A stretch of 64,000 nucleotides of DNA from Octopus vulgaris (lineage: Eukaryota), in NCBI GenBank assembly GCA_951406725.2, contig OX597835.1:40424001-40488000 (forward strand), written 5' to 3'. Both the position numbers and the translations under genes were made by a program. Positions 12,923-26,463 of this stretch are shown piece by piece; position 1 is the first letter of the stretch, and each line of letters starts with the position of its first letter. The notes below the pieces were generated by a model. That model was not told the DNA's origin. It saw only the letters and a program-made list of their open reading frames with translations, and ran no database searches.

Positions 12923-13015
12923 GAGAATGACCAGTGCAGTGAGAAAGAGGCCCATATTGTCCGGCTGAAGAACAACCTGGAACGACTGAAGAAAGACTAC
13001 AAATGTGACAAGCAA
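12923..13015 (+). CDS. NDC80: NDC80 exon
   Basis: ENDQCSEKEAHIVRLKNNLERLKKDYKCDKQ, tcag/gtaag bounds, phase 0. Confidence 0.8.
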
Positions 13016-13604
13016 GTAAGTACTCTTTTACTCGTTTCAGTCATCTGACTGTGGCCATGCTGGAGCACCGCCTTTAGTCGATCAAATCAACCCCAGGACT
13101 TATTCTTTGTAAGCCTAGTACTTATTTTATCGGTCCCTTTTTTGCCGAACCGTTAAGTTACAGGGACGTAAACACACCAGCAACAGCCACGATCGGATGG
13201 TGCTGTTTATGTGCCACCGACATGGGGCCCAAGCGAGGCTGGCAAACGGCCACGATCAGATTGTGCTTTTTACATGTCACTGGCACAGGTGCCACACGAG
13301 GCTGGCAGACGGCCACAATCGGATGGTGCTTTTTACATACCACTGGCACAGGTGCCAGATGAGGCTGGCAAACGGCCACGCTCGGATGGTGCTTTTTACT
13401 TGCCACCGGCACGGGGGCCCAGGTGAGGCTGGCAACGGTTTACCTTTATTGCGACACACCCCTCTTTCACAATTGTACACTCTTATGAAATAGTCTCTCT
13501 CTCTCTCTGTTTTACAGTGTTATAATGTTCTTTCTTTCCTTCTCTATCTCTCTCTCCCTCATTCCTACAGTAACATCATTTGTGTCTTTGTGTCTCTTAT
13601 GCAG

Positions 13605-13744
13605 TTACATGAACAATGTATCGAAACCAAGCAGGAGCTGTACGACAAAGGTTATGAGGAAATGAACGAGAACAAGAAAGCCTTAGAAATTTGCACATTG
13701 GAGTTGGACCTACGTCGTGAGGATTTGGAGAAACTTAAGGAGCA
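13605..13744 (+). CDS. NDC80: NDC80 exon
   Basis: LHEQCIETKQELYDKGYEEMNENKKALEICTLELDLRREDLEKLKE; ends in phase 2, compatible with the next exon. Confidence 0.82.
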
Positions 13745-13816
13745 GTAAGTGTTTTTGAGGAAAGTGTTTGCCAGGGACCAAATCCTTAGGCTTCCAAACA
13801 AATCCCTTCCGTCCTC

Positions 13817-13852
<36 letters not shown>

Positions 13853-15719
13853 TTAGCGTCCGCTTTCCATGCTAGCATGGGTTGGACGGTTCAACTGGGG
13901 CCTGGGAAGCTAGAAGGCTGCACCAGGCCCAGTCCGATCTGGCAATATTTCTACGGCTGGATGCCCTTCCTAACGTCAACCACTCCGAGAGTGTAGTGGG
14001 TGCTTTTTACGTGCCACCCGCACAGGAGCCAGAAGGAGCTGGCAACGGCCACGATCGGATGGTGCTTTTTACGTGCAGGGGGGGGCCAGTCAAAGGGATA
14101 AAATTAATGTGAGAAATAATCAGGTTGATTTGTCGAACAAATGTTAAAAAATACAGTTGTATGTTTATAAGCAGTCACTTTTTTATTTTTTTTTTATTTG
14201 TTTCAGTCATTTGACTGTGGCCATGTTGGAGCACCACCTTTAGTCGAGCAAATCAACCCCCGGGACTTATTCTTTGGAAGCTTAGTACTTATTCAATCGG
14301 TTCTCTTTTGCCAAACCGCTAAGTTACAGGGACGTAAACATATCACCATCGGTTGTCAAGCGATGTTGGTGGGGAACAAACACACACACACAAACATATG
14401 TGTTGTGAGTGTTTATTGAGTGAAAACACCAAAAGCTCCACAAGGCTCCAGCAGGGGGTGGTGGCAATCCCTGCCCTTACTCTTTCGCCACAACTTTCTC
14501 TGCTGTACTCTCTGCTGTACAGGTGATCCCTGCTGTACTCTTTCACCACTCTTTCTCCCACTCTTTCTTCTGATGGCCTGCTCACTTAGCCAGCGGGGTG
14601 GCGTCATTTGAAGGCTAAAATAATACGAAGCGCATTGTGACCAGCGATGTGTAGCAACATCTGATAGCCTGGTCGGTCACGGTGATATATATATATATAT
14701 ATAGAAAATAGTAAAAAGTGAAAAAACTACAGAAGGCTTAAAGGTTAAAAAATATATATATTTGCGTCAATATGTCTGAAGAATATTAAAAAATTTTTTC
14801 TTACAATGACATAATTTAGAAGAAAGACCGGTTTCGCGTTTAGCTTTTCAAATTTCTTGCGACGTTATGTTTATCTTGAACATATTATATGTATATATTT
14901 GTAACAACTATATTGTGAGCAAGCCATTTAATAACAACCAAAAGGCTTAAATTCATTCTAAATTTAAATTTATTTCATGAGGTGTCAATTCTTTTGTCAT
15001 ACAACTTGATTATATATGCATGCAGATGTGTATGTATGTCTGTGTTTGTGTTTCCATGTCTTGACATTGCATGATTGGTGTAATTTCCAATTTTCTTCGA
15101 AAACATCGTCTGTCTTTCGGGAAATATTACCTTAATTGGAAACAAGTAACGGTTGCTGACAAGAATAGCATCCATAGAGAACCTGCCTCAATAAACTCCA
15201 TGCAAGTAGGGAAAAGTGAGCATTAAAATGATGATGACGATATATAAGGCGGCGAGCTGGCAGAAACGTTATCACGCCGGTCGAAATGCGTAGCCGTATT
15301 TCGTCTGCCGCTACGTTCTGAGTTCAAATTCTGCCGAGGTCGACTTTGCCTTTCATCCTTTCGGGGTCGATTAAATAAGTACCAGTTTCGCCCTGGGGTC
15401 AGTGTAATTGACTTAATCCCTTTGTTTGTCCCCTTTATGTTTAGCCCCTTGTGGGCAATAAAGAAATAGATATATAAGTGTTATCGTCAACGTCTTTTAT
15501 CATCCATTTTCCCATGCTGGTATGGGTTGGATGATTTAACAGGAATTGGTGAGGCTGGGGGCCACCTCAGGCTCAATTTGGCATGGTTTCGAAGGCTGGA
15601 TGCCCTTCATAATGCCAACCACTTCACATAGCATACTAGGTGCTTTTTACATGACACTTGCACTTGCATATGCATTTGGATTTCAGCAGCTGCTTGTTTT
15701 CCTCTTTTTTTTTTTCCTT

Positions 15720-16950
15720 GTTTTATAAAATTATCAACCATCTTACAAACAATAACTCTGAGCACCTTTTCAAACTCCACCCATCTAACACCCGTGGACA
15801 TATTTACAAAGTCAGAAAACAGCACAGCTCCCATGACTTCGGGAAACATTTTTTCATGCTGAGAGTTGCTGAAGCATGGAACAAACTGCCGGCATCAGTT
15901 GTTAGTTGTCGGAGCACTGCATCCTTCAAAACTTCCATGCTTCCTGAGATTCGCCAACACTACACCTGATTTCCTCCCCCTCCATACACACGCTGAAGCA
16001 TGGAACAAACTGCCGGCATCAGTTGTTAGTTGTCGGAGCACTGCATCCTTCAAAACTTCCATGCTTCCTGAGATTCGCCAACACTACACCTGATTTCCTC
16101 CCCCTCCACGCTGAAGCATGGAACAAACTGCCGGCATCAGTTGTTAGTTGTCGGAGCACTGCATCCTTCAAAAGTTCCATGCTTCCTGAGATTCGCCAAC
16201 ACTACACCTGATTTCTCCCCTCCATACACACGCTGAAGCATGGAACAAACTGCCGGCATCAGTTGTTAGTTGTCGGAGCACTGCATCCTTCAAAAGTTCC
16301 ATGCTTCCTGAGATTCGCCAACACTACACCTGATTTCCTCCCCTCCATACACACGCTGAAGCATGGAACAAACTGCCGGCATCAGTTGTTAGTTGTCGGA
16401 GCACTGCATCCTTCAAAACTTCCATGCTTCCTGAGATTCGCCAACACTACACCTGATTTCCTCCCCTCCATACACACGCTGAAGCATGGAACAAACTGCC
16501 GGCATCAGTTGTTAGTTGTCGGAGCACTGCATCCTTCAAAACTTCCATGCTTCCTGAGATTCGCCAACACTCCACCTGATTTCCTCCCCTCCATACACAC
16601 GCTGAAGCATGGAACAAACTGCCGGCATCAGTTGTTAGTTGTCGGAGCACTGCATCCTTCAAAACTTCCATGCTTCCTGAGATTCGCCAACACTACACCT
16701 GATTTCCTCCCCTCCATACACACGCTGAAGCATGGAACAAACTGCCGGCATCAGTTGTTAGTTGTCGGAGCACTGCATCCTTCAAAACTTCCATGCTTCC
16801 TGAGATTCGCCAACACTCCACCTGATTTTCTCCCCTCCATACACACGCAAGCATGTATCTGACTCATGCACTGTTCACTTCCCAGACATTTGTACATTAC
16901 TGCATATACTCTGACAAGTTATGGTGCACCTAAGCACTGTATACAATAAT
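15720..16950 (+). repeat. CR1-type LINE 3' end with ~8 tandem ~123-bp units
   Basis: NTRGHIYKVRK...FF.LRVAEAWNKLP CR1 C-terminus; unit gctgaagcatggaacaaactgccgg...catacacac repeated 15869-16847. Confidence 0.85.
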
Positions 16951-17045
16951 TTCATTATTATTTTTTATTATCATATCTATTTCTTTTTACTCTTAGATTT
17001 TCTCTGGTCAAATACACACATATATATTATTTTATTTATTTATAG

Positions 17046-17148
17046 ATCAGCCCAAGAAATGGCAGAATTTAATAAAAAAGAGAAAGATAGTTTGGAATTC
17101 CTGCAGAAGGTCACTAATCGAGTGGCTGAGCATAAATCCAGAATTAAG
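17046..17148 (+). CDS. NDC80: NDC80 exon
   Basis: Phase-compatible; SAQEMAEFNKKEKDSLEFLQKVTNRVAEHKSRIK; tag/gtatg bounds. Confidence 0.82.
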
Positions 17149-17163
17149 GTATGTTTTTAGACA

Positions 17164-17530
17164 TCTCTATATATATAAACGGCAAAATGTCTGTGTGCGT
17201 GTGTCCTTTATACAAATCCACACTTTTTCAGTTAGAGGGCTCGCACTTTCTATGGTCATTCAAAACCGTCCAAGGGTGGTTGTGCACATCTTTACATTTC
17301 CCCAGTCACCCTGCAAAGCCAGTAAAAAAATCAATATAAGTGACTTTTTGGTGAATTTTCTATCCAAAACCCAATCAAAATGCCCGAAACTTGATTCGCC
17401 AATTGAATGCCAGCTAGCTGTATGTGATTGGTCGGATATTTGGACAGTATTCGCGTGTATGTGTGCACGCATGCAGCTGTATATGCATGCACTAGCACTA
17501 TGACCCGGCAACGCCGGGTCATAGTGCTAG
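17164..17530 (+). mobile_element. Non-autonomous Helitron
   Basis: A|TC start, cccggcaacgccggg hairpin, CTAG|T end. Confidence 0.8.
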
Positions 17531-18768
17531 TCATTAATAAATGGTTAAATTGTCTCTTCTGGCCATCAGCATGTATATCTTCCAAGTCCCTTTGTTCTTT
17601 GGTCTTTTAGCTTCCCTAGATCTTTAAAATGATTATCAGACAGCAGTCTCTGGAGCAAAATGTCCTCTCTCCTTAAGATTTGTTTTAATTTCTATCAATA
17701 TTATGGTAGGAAGAGGGTTTTTTTTTTCATATGACAGGGCTCCTAATTTATTGTCTAAACCCTAAATTTAGAGAACACTGTTTGTGTCCATGGTAGCCTT
17801 TTACTGTCATCTCACACAAACTACAGGCCCTTTCCTTTGGTCCCCAAGTCCTGGTAAATTTGTAGGGGCAGCATCATGACATATGTGTCTTGGACATTTT
17901 AGACATGGCTGAGCTACTCTTTCTCTCTTGGTCTTTAATGTCTTTCAGAGAGAGAGAGAAAGGGAAAGAAGAATTGAACCCATTACTGTAACAAACCCCT
18001 GAAAGGATGAAAGGCAAAGTTGATCCCAGTTAGATTTGAACTCAGTGTGCTGAGATCCAAAACAAATAACACAAAAGTTGCTATCTGACACTGTAAAAAA
18101 GGATAAAGGGTAAAGATCCTCTTTGGTCAAGAATGACCATGGGGTTGCACCTAGGAAGTTCCCCTCTAAGGAACAAACCCAGGCAAGGCTGTTTATGGAA
18201 GACCAGCAGTCGCCCATGCATACCAGCTTCCTCTCTCCATGCCACTGATGTTATCCAAGGGAGAGGCAAAGGGGCCGATACAGCTTGGCACCATTGATGT
18301 CGCAGCTCGTTTCTACAGCTGAGTGAACAGGAGCAATGTGAGATAAAGAACACAACACACAACCTGGTCTGGGAATTGAACCCAGTACCTCATGATTGTG
18401 AGCCCGATGCTCTAACACTGTAACATTCTGCTAACCTACTTCTATATTTTATATCATCTCCTGGAGGGACCCCTACAACTGGATGCTGACAGACTCCTTG
18501 AGATAATATAAACAACACCACTGTCACTACCGTCCCCTATGAGCCTTTTAAGTGTTTTCCATTGCAGGCCCATGTGTGACTCTAGGTGCAGGTAAGGCTG
18601 TGTAACTGGAACAAGAGTTGCTGCAAAGTTCTGAGGTGTAGCACTCAACCTCCACTCAACCTCCACTCAACCTCCACTCTCAGCCCCACCCTATTCTCTG
18701 CAACACCATTCTTTATTCAAAGAATTTGCCATTCTCTGATTTTTTTTTTTTGTTTGTTTGTTTTGCAG

Positions 18769-18852
18769 AATAACCTGGAAACGGTCAGTTCCGAGATAAA
18801 AGGCTACAAAGAAAGAGCACTGGAAACCGTCTATACCGCCCAGCATTCTTGA
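18769..18852 (+). CDS. NDC80: NDC80 terminal coding exon
   Basis: Strong polypyrimidine tract plus cag, NNLETVSSEIKGYKERALETVYTAQHS then TGA. Confidence 0.8.
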   Translation, partial: NNLETVSSEIKGYKERALETVYTAQHS

Positions 18853-19636
18853 GTGTTAAATATACATGCATATATACATATATACACAAATACACACACA
18901 CACACATATATATATATATGCTCACACATTCTAATGTGGTTCATTATATTGCTTTGTTAAAACTTTCCAAGATCTTACAGAATTGGTGAATGCATGTATG
19001 ACTGTTAAGGTTTTCTAACCTGGCCCCATTCAACCCTGCTTGTATAGCTCTATGCCCTTCCGCACAAACACACTCACTCACACACGTCAGGGACTAACTG
19101 AATTATCCTTCTTGTGTTTTTAAGATGGGAATCTGACTTCATTTTTGGCAGATTGAATGAACACATCATTGTGTCATTATTTTTTCTATTAAACTGACAC
19201 ATCTAATTCACAGAGTAATGTTTGATGTGCATGTATGTGTATATGCATGTATGTATAGGTATATAAACACACACAAATTGATGTGTATTGCTTGTATTCT
19301 GTGTGTATTTTACACACTTTCTGTGTGTGTGTGTGTGTGTACATATGAAGCAATTATTGTATGTGTAACTTGCTTGGTCTGTATTGTGATATTTGATTGA
19401 ATATATGTGTGTTTATGTGACTATATGTGTGTTTATATGAATGTGTGTTTCTGTGAATGTGTATATAAACATTCTAGGGCTGACAAGTTCACAAGAAATT
19501 ATGTCCAACCACTCAAAATATCGGTCACTAAGACGAGTGTGAAACTGAATAAAATATTTAATCCATAATCATTAGTACACAAAGATATATTTTATCAGAC
19601 TAACAATTATAGGATTAAGTATTTGAAATATATATA

Positions 19637-21180
19637 TAGGGTCATCCCATAAATAATGCGGTTTTTTAAGACTTCTTTTATTTTTCAAAATTAAAATAAA
19701 GTTCTTTTTTAATCTAAAATATATTTTACTTTTTTTTTTTTTTTACAATGCTCTTCCCTCTGTCTGGTAAACTTGCAAGGACCATCTTCCAAAATTCACT
19801 TGTCCGTGACAGAAAATACTCCTCCAGTACTGTTCTGACCTCATCTACAGAATTCATATATTTTCCATCAAAATGATTTTGTAAACTGCAAAATAAATGA
19901 TAATCAGATGGGGCAATGTCCAGCAAGTATGGTGGGTGGGGCATCGTTTCCCATTCAAACTACTCCACCCTTTCGAATCTCATTCTCACTGTATGTGGCC
20001 GAGCATTATCCTGATAGAAGAACACCACCTTTCATCTTGAAACCAAAGATGGTCGTTTTTCTTCTAGTGTTGACTTAAGCTGCTCGCTGTAGCTCTGCTT
20101 TGTTATTGTTTGGTTTGGGTTTAAAAGTTCAAAGTGGACTAAACCTTTCATATCCCACCAAACAGATAACAACACCTTACATGGTTGAAGACCTCCTTTA
20201 GCCTGGGGTGCTGGTGTTTATCCTTTACCTGTCTTTGGCACTTGACATTTCTATAGAGAACCCATTTCTCGTCACCAGTCACTGTTCAGTCCAAAAAAGG
20301 TTCATTTGTGAGACGTGACAGCAAAGAAGGTGCGATTAGACTCGGAACGTTTGTGAGTAACCAATGACCCAATTTGCTGACTTTTCCAATGGTACACAGG
20401 TGTCGATGAATGGTTGAGTGACCATTTCCAAGCTTCTCTGCTAGTTCCTCAACTGTTACGATGAGATTTTGTTCCACCAGGGTTTGCAGGACGTCCTTGT
20501 CAAGCTCTACAGATCTTCCAGGATGTGGCTCATCTTCTAAGCTGTAGTTTCCATCTTAGAATTTCTGGAACCACCATTGACACTGGCTTACGCTTATTGT
20601 CCAATCCCCATATACTGCATTAATATTCCTCACACTTTCCTTTGCATTGTTGCCTTTATTGAACTCATAAAGCAAAATATGCCAAATATGCTCCTTTGTC
20701 ACTTCCATTATAGCTTTGAAGAAATTATCATCACCATCGTGTAACATCTGCTTTCCATGCTAGCATGGGTTGGACGGTTCGACCGGGGTCTGGGAAGCCA
20801 GAAGGCTGCACCAGGCCCAGTCTGATCTGGCAGTGTTTTTACAGCTGGATGCCCTTCCTAACACCAACCACTCCGTGAGTGTAGTGGGTGCTTTTTACGT
20901 GCCACCGACACAGGTGCCAAGCGAGGCTGGCAACGGCCACAATTGGTTAGTGCTTTTTACATGCCACCGGCATGGAGGCAACGGCCACATTCGGATGGTT
21001 CTTTTACATGCCACAATTGTTAAAATCGAACTGCACTCTTCACGACTTATACTAAGAATAAGGACAAGTTATAATTACTTCCTGCTTTTATAGCAAGTTG
21101 ATGCAGGCAGTTTATCCCATCCCCCTCCAGTTTTTAGTTCATACAATTGAAAAAACCACATTATTTTTAGGATGACCCAA
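19637..21180 (-). mobile_element. Decayed mariner transposon with a SINE-like insertion at ~20730-21010
   Basis: TIR tagggtcatcccataaataatg / cattatttttaggatgacccaa flanked by TA; HPPYLLDIAPSDYHLF and HILLYEFNKG HTH fragments; frameshifts. Confidence 0.9.
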
Positions 21181-21809
21181 TATATGTAGACATAAACTAG
21201 CACACAAACAACCTTGCCCAGACTTGTACCTGGGAGGATAACTTTCTAGGTGCAATCCCATGGTCAGTCATGACCGAAGGGTCTCTCAGCAAACCAGCAC
21301 AAATACCCAGCATTGCCTCTGTTGAAGGTAATAATGGGATTTCATTAAAAACTTTCATATACCGAGTTTGTTCTTAATAAATTAATTAATGCATTAAAAA
21401 AAAATTAGTCATTAAAATTGTTGTTTTTTTTGCTTCATATATTTTACATCTTCTTCCTCTTCACCCTCTCATCAATTATTCCACCTGTTTTTCTCTTTCT
21501 TTATTTATCACACACTGTATTTACAATTTATCTTCTCTTCCCCCCCCCCCCCCGCTGGCATTAATTCTTTTCTCTCCACAACACACACAAACACACTTCT
21601 TTCATTTCTCATTCTCTCTTCATTTATCTCTCCTCCTTCCCTCATACATTGCTTCATGTTCATTTCTCTCATTCTGTCTATCTTTCTCCCCCCCCCCATC
21701 TGGTCCCACTTTTTATATATGTATGCATACAAAGCTTTTTATTTGTAATAAGGCAAGATCTGCAACTATTGAAAATAAATCATCATCATCATTATTGTTA
21801 TTATTATTA

Positions 21810-22306
21810 TGTTTTTTCCTTCTTTCTTCAAATTTTCTTCCGTTTCTTGCCGAGTGTTTTCCGTACACCTAGGGCAGAGAAGGGCATTGTATGCATTCCC
21901 AGATTACACACGCAAATTCACAGATAAAATATGTATTTAAAAATTAATAAATAAATAAATTCATGAATGGATGTTGTTTTCACAGCGATAATGCTCTTCT
22001 CAGTACATGAGCCGTTCCAGTTAATACGATTTTTTGCACTTCCTGTAGGGATGGTAAGCCTGGAATCATTTTCAAATAGGTTTCAGTACCTTTTTTTATC
22101 ATTCTTAGAGATCCTACAATCACTGGTACTGTGGTCGCCTTGAGATGCCACATTTTTTCAATTTCTATTAGCGAGCTTTTATATTTATTGATCTTGTCAA
22201 ATTCTTTCACCGCTATATTGTGATCGCAAGGAATACTCATGTCAATTAATAAACACATCTTTTTTGTCTGATCTTTTATAATAATATCTGGTTTATTTAT
22301 TATCAT
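21810..22306 (-). mobile_element. R4/Dong-type non-LTR retrotransposon 3' fragment (restriction-like endonuclease)
   Basis: KPDIIIKD..CLLIDMSIP...K..KY..L..EIEKMW..VPVIVGSL; (TTA)n on both flanks. Confidence 0.8.
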
Positions 22307-22759
22307 TTATTATTATTATTATTATTATTATTAAGGCAGCGAGCTGGCAGAATTGTTAGCATGCCAGGCAAAATGCTTAGCAATATTTCACCTGTCTCTA
22401 CATTTTGAGTTCAAATTCTGCCATGGTTGATAAATTAAGTACCAGTGAAACTCTGGGGTCAATGTAATCGATTAGTCCCCTCCTCAAAATTTTAGGCCTT
22501 GTGCTTTTAGTAGAAAGGATTATTATTATTATCATTGCTGCTGCAAACAGGCTGAATGGTTAACACACCAGGCAAAATGCTTAGCGGCATTTTGTCCAAC
22601 TTTACATTCTGAGTTCAAGCTCTGCTGAAGTCGACTTTGTCTTTCATCCTTTCAGGGTTGACAAAATGAGTACCAGTCAAGTCTTGGGGTCGACTAGACC
22701 CTTTCTCTTAAAACTACTGGCTTTATACCAAAATAAGAAAGGATTATTATTATTATTAT

Positions 22760-23122
22760 CAGGAGTGGCTGTGTGGTAAGTAGCTTGCTTACGAACCACA
22801 TGGTTCTGTGTTCAGTCCCACTGCATGGGACCTTGGCCAAGTGTCTTCCACTATAGCCTCGGACTGACCAAAGCTTTGTGAGTGGATTTGGTAGACGGAA
22901 ACTGAAAGAAGCCCGTCGTATATATGTACATATGTGTTTGTCCTCCCTACATCACTTAACAACCGATGGTGGTGTGTTTATGTCCCCTTAACTTATTGGT
23001 TCAGCAAAAGAGACCGATAGACTAAGTACTAGGCTTACAACGAATAAGTCCTGGGGTCGATTTACTCAACTAAAGGTGGTGCTCCAGCATGGCCACAGGG
23101 AAATGACTGAAACAGGTAAGAG
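22760..23122 (+). mobile_element. tRNA-derived SINE (family 3)
   Basis: ggagtggctgtgtggtaag head, ccagcatggccacag...gactgaaac tail; copies at 10315-10702 (-) and 63335-63768. Confidence 0.75.
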
Positions 23123-23506
23123 TATTAAGGCAGTCAGCTGGCAGAATCCTTCGCACACCAGATGAAATTCATCTTTGTTCTAAGTTCCGATTCCACTGAA
23201 GTTAACTGTGCCTTTTATCTCTTTGGGGTCAATGAAATACGTACCAGCTGAGCACTGGGGTTGGTTTAATCAACAAGCCCTCTCTCATGAAATTTTAGCT
23301 ATTAGAATAAAAAGACTTCAGAGAAACGATGTGCCTGGGAATGGAAGTAGGTGACATGTTTAAAGGTCTTGATAGAGGATGCTAGACCAGAAAGTTCCTC
23401 AGAACAGAGACCATGGAAATACTTATAGAAGAGATACAATGAACATATATTTTGATGAGTAAAAAGAAGAGGATCCATATAAACATTTTAACATTTGTGA
23501 AAATTG

Positions 23507-23918
23507 GGATCTTTTCGGTTTGAACGGCAGTTTTTTAAAATAATTTCCACGTAACTAAACACTTTTAAACTTCGTATATTGGTAGAATGTGTTTATAAAA
23601 CATCTTTTCCTCTTGGATTTATTGAGAAAATTCTATAGTTTGTAAGATATTTGTTGTTTTTTTTCTTCAGTTTCTGCAATTTCAACCAATCAATGACATC
23701 TATTGAGGTAAAAATAAACATGTGCCGTATGAATATGTCCCTCGTTTAAGAAACAGATTGGGTTTATTTACATTTCTGAAAAAAAAAAGATACCCTTCCC
23801 CCACCCCTAACCCTAAAACAGATTGAAATGCAATAGATCGATATTAGGGTCATAATTATGGGTGACAATTTCATATGACACCACTAGAAAAAAACTGCCG
23901 TTCAAACGGAAAAGATCC
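23507..23918. mobile_element. MITE family A, full copy
   Basis: TIR ggatcttttcggtttgaacggcagt / actgccgttcaaacggaaaagatcc; 8-bp TSD gaaaattg vs gaaaatag. Confidence 0.85.
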
Positions 23919-24699
23919 GAAAATAGTTGTCTTCAAGCAAAATTGACTGGATTTGTTCTTTGGTTCCTGTCCACGCAGTTCAAAGTGGACATTAAATTAA
24001 ATGGAAGTCTGGTGTTGCAAGAATTTCGGGATCTTTTCTGTTCAGATTGATTTCATATTCAGTGTAATGATAAACCTTTATAGACTAATGAATGCCGTGA
24101 GAATCATTTTCACCATAAATCAATAAAGAGTTAGCAATTAAAGTATGAATATTTCGTTATTACCGTTTTTATTATTTTATTTTGATGATACTTATTATTT
24201 TTGCCATTTAAATATGGCTAACCCCTAAGGGTGGACGCTACTGTAGTTTGGAGCCCCAGGAGGATGTCTCCTCCAGCTGGCTTTAGACACATTTTCTGTG
24301 CCCTGTGTCCTCCCTTAGTAGCATCCACCCTTAGGGGTTAGCCATATTTAAATGGCAAATATACATCACGATGTGTTGCAGCTACTGTTTATAACTCGCC
24401 CTAAGATTTATTATTGTTTAATAAAAATGCTTTTGGCATGAAATCAACTGGAAGTTTTTATAATACATTGAAATAAGACTTCTCGTTTTCATTTAATTGC
24501 AATTTATAAAGTGATTTAGTTTCATATATTGTTTCAATAATTGCCACTTTAAAACTGTAATGGTGAAAAAAAAAATCACTCGATAACAAATGAAAATGGA
24601 ATTGAGGAAATTTTGGATCACAAAGAGAGTTTGGTGGAATTTGTAACCTAGGACACTGAGAGCCGCTATAAGAAGGTAAGTATACAGCAGTGGTTGGGT

Positions 24700-25482
24700 A
24701 TGGCGGTTGAGCTGGCAGAAACGTTAGCACGCCAGGTGAGATGCTTAGCCGTATTTCGTCTGCCATTACATTCTGAGTTCAAATTCCGCTGAGGTCGACT
24801 TTGCCTTTCATCCTTTCGGGGTCGATAAATTAAGTACCAGTTACGCACTGGGGTCGATATAATTGACTTAATCCCTCTGTCTGTCCTTGTTTGCCCTCTC
24901 TGTGTTTAGCTCCTTGTGGGTAGTAAAGAAATAGGTATTTCGTCTGTCTTTACGTTCTGAGTTCAAATTCCGCCTAGGTTGACTTTGCCTTTCATACTTT
25001 CGAGGGTCGATAAATTAAGTACCAGTTACGCACTGGGGTCGATATAATTGACTTAATCCCTTTGTCTGTCCTTGTTTGCCCTCTCTGTGTTTAGCTCCTT
25101 GTGGGTAGTAAAGAAATAGGTATTTCGTCTGTCTTTATGTTCTGAGTTCAAATTCCGCCTAGGTTGACTTTGCCTTTCATACTTTCGAGGGTTGATAAAT
25201 TAAGTACCAGTTACGCACTGGGGTCGATATAATCGACCTAATCATTTTTTTGTTTGTCCTCTCTGTGTTTAGCCCCTTGTGGGTAGTAAAGAAATAGGTA
25301 TTTCGTCTGTCTTTACGTTCTGAGTTCAAATTCCGCCGAGGTCGACTTTGGCTTTCATCCTTTCGGGGTCGATAAATTAAGTACCAGTTACGCACTGGGA
25401 TCGATATAAACGACCTAATCCCTTTGTCTGTCCTTGTTTGTCCCCTCTGTGTTTAGCCCCTTCTGGGTAGTAAAGAAAAAGG
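24700..25482 (+). repeat. Family 2 SINE with its 3' ~180 bp repeated four times in tandem
   Basis: tatttcgtctg...gggtagtaaagaaa unit occurs four times head to tail. Confidence 0.85.
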
Positions 25483-26463
25483 TTATTGTCTGTATTATTT
25501 TGCTTGACCAACTTGTCTGGCATATTCTAAAGTTATTAAATTATTTCTATAATGTGGTTTCAGTCTGACTTAATCTTAGCTTCTGGGTGTGTATGATTAG
25601 AATTGAAAACCACTTAGAAAAAGTTTATATCATGATACTGCAAGGAAAGAATTGTTACTTTAAAGAAAATTTACCATGTTGATAGATGTGCAGAGCTCAC
25701 CTTCACACGCTGCGAGTATACGACCCAATCTTGGTACGTAACTCCAAACATACGTCATTTTCGGTTTTAAAACATTACGATGGATTTTGAGGTATATTTG
25801 ACTGCTATTTTTAGTAGAGCGAACGACCTAGTACAGCTTCTGTAGAATGTTCGTCTGTCAGTGTATATATATTGAACAAATTATGCATTTCACTCAGTGG
25901 ATTCTCCGTCAGACTCGACGATGAGCATTCACGTGTTTAACCAACTGAATTTCTACCTGTGAAATCAACATGTAAGCGATTGAGTATTTCGCAATTGCTT
26001 CCACTCTTAACACAATGTGACAAACTGGACTTTCGAATTGCAGCTATAATCTAGAGACAAAAGGGGAATCAACTTCCAGTATTGTACTCAACTGGTATTT
26101 ATCGATTCTCAACAGGATAAAGGGCGAAGTTAATCTCGGCGACATTTGAACTCATAAAGCAGAGAATTGAAACAAATACCGCTTAACACTTCGCCCATTG
26201 TGTTAATTATTCTATTAATTTGTCGTCTCCATATAGTAATCCTTCTTTCATAAAGTAATTTTGTAACTATATTATGGTTGGCATACGTCCATTTTATTTC
26301 CACTACATCTCTTGGATTCAGATGTCAAAATTTACATGTAGGAAGAATTTCTTAAATTCTCCAAAAGACTTTTGGAATTTCAGCTTACACCACTTTGTGT
26401 GTATGCTTATATACGTATGGATGTATATATGTACGTATGTATGTTCTCTTTGTCTTCTTAATT

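Larger units (their letters stand above)
9507..13182 (+). repeat. Direct duplication of ~950 bp (9507-10474 and 12234-13182) containing an NDC80 exon
   Basis: The two copies align closely by eye. Confidence 0.9.
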
